Shown here one piece after another: positions 37,816-38,424 of a stretch of DNA of 38,424 bases; position 1 is the first letter of the stretch; each line of letters opens with the position of its first letter. The position numbers and the translations under genes are program-made. The DNA is from Nitrospinota bacterium (GTDB taxonomy: Bacteria > UBA8248), in NCBI GenBank assembly GCA_046581755.1, contig JAYGFR010000400.1:1-38424 (forward strand), in the 5' to 3' direction. The notes beneath the pieces were generated by a model. It ran no database searches and was not told the DNA's origin. It worked only from the letters and a program-made list of their open reading frames with translations.

Positions 37816-38424
37816 TTACGGAGTAGAGGGGCTTGCGACCGTGCCGCTTTGTATGATGAGCCCCTGTTGCGCCGCGTCGATCAGCGCCTGATCCACGTCT
37901 TCGCTGGTGAGAACAAAGCTATCCGTGGGTCCCGGTGGACCCGGCGGTCCCGGTGGACCCGGCGGTCCAGGCGGACCCGGCGGTCCAGGCGGACCCGGCG
38001 GTCCAGGCGGGGGTTCGGTGCCGGGCGGTGGCTGAAAGGTACCCGTCGGGTCGAAGCCGGGTATAAAAGTTGGCGGCGGAAGTGGCTGCCCGCCGATATC
38101 TGTCGGTCCCCCGCCCTGCTGAACTTGTTGCTGAACCTGGGTCTGGTATGCCTGGGCCTGTTGGGTGACCTGGGCGATGATGGAGCCCAAATCGACAGGG
38201 GGCCCGCCCGGAGCGCCTGGTGCGGGTGCGCCCGGAGCGCCGGGAGGCGGGGCCTGGAATGCCTGGACGGCGGATTGGGCCACCGCCGCCACAAAAGCGC
38301 CCGTATCAAATGTCGGCGGGGGTCCGCCCGGTCCGCCCGGTCCCTGAACCGCCGCATGGTAGGCGGCGGCGGTTGCCGCGCCCTGGGCGACGGCCTGGAT
38401 GATTTGGGCGATGTTCGGAGGCGG
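37816..38424 (-). CDS. C-terminal part of a Pro/Gly/Gln-rich protein with a collagen-like tract (5' end outside the window)
   Basis: The frame is open to the window edge (PPPNIAQIIQAVAQ...); ends in (GPP)8-GPT and is followed by a terminator. Confidence 0.8.
   Translation of the reverse strand, partial: PPPNIAQIIQAVAQGAATAAAYHAAVQGPGGPGGPPPTFDTGAFVAAVAQSAVQAFQAPPPGAPGAPAPGAPGGPPVDLGSIIAQVTQQAQAYQTQVQQQVQQGGGPTDIGGQPLPPPTFIPGFDPTGTFQPPPGTEPPPGPPGPPGPPGPPGPPGPPGPPGPPGPTDSFVLTSEDVDQALIDAAQQGLIIQSGTVASPSTP
37924..38004 (-). repeat. Tandem 9/18-bp repeat encoding (Gly-Pro-Pro)8-Gly-Pro-Thr
   Basis: CGGCGGTCC alternates with CGGTGGACC or AGGCGGACC. Confidence 0.92.

Noticed and set aside
37924..38004. 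Tandem repeat as a CRISPR array
   Set aside because: No spacers; codon-phased coding repeat. No CRISPR, tRNA or rRNA was seen in the window.

Overview
GC-rich bacterial chromosomal window, dominated by catabolic and redox genes with no core housekeeping markers. The style resembles uncultured Nitrospinota/Tectomicrobia-type genomes, but that is an impression and not a determination. Genes include two M24-fold hydrolases, two acyl-CoA dehydrogenases, a LigAB dioxygenase, a xanthine-dehydrogenase-family Mo subunit, a sulfatase, four cupins, three CMD/AhpD proteins, two SDRs, an aldo/keto reductase, an oxoprolinase, an LLM monooxygenase and a class III aminotransferase. Also present are PilZ, two cNMP-binding proteins, a DHH phosphoesterase, a TPR protein and a collagen-like protein. 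Highlights: (1) a likely selenoprotein, an AhpD/CMD protein with an in-frame TGA in a CxxU motif, split in two by the ORF caller; (2) an unannotated candidate sRNA with its own terminator, next to four OmpR/PhoB-type repeats at 11-bp spacing; (3) an intact IS5-family element inserted in a MetE-like gene that lacks both zinc-binding cysteines; (4) a fused oxoprolinase A+B gene interrupted at a G8 tract; (5) many frameshifts, one nonsense codon and two ~8-codon in-frame deletions, indicating gene erosion and/or assembly error; (6) a lone AT-rich gene beside a BoxC-like palindrome. All protein calls come from motif recognition by eye; no searches were run.
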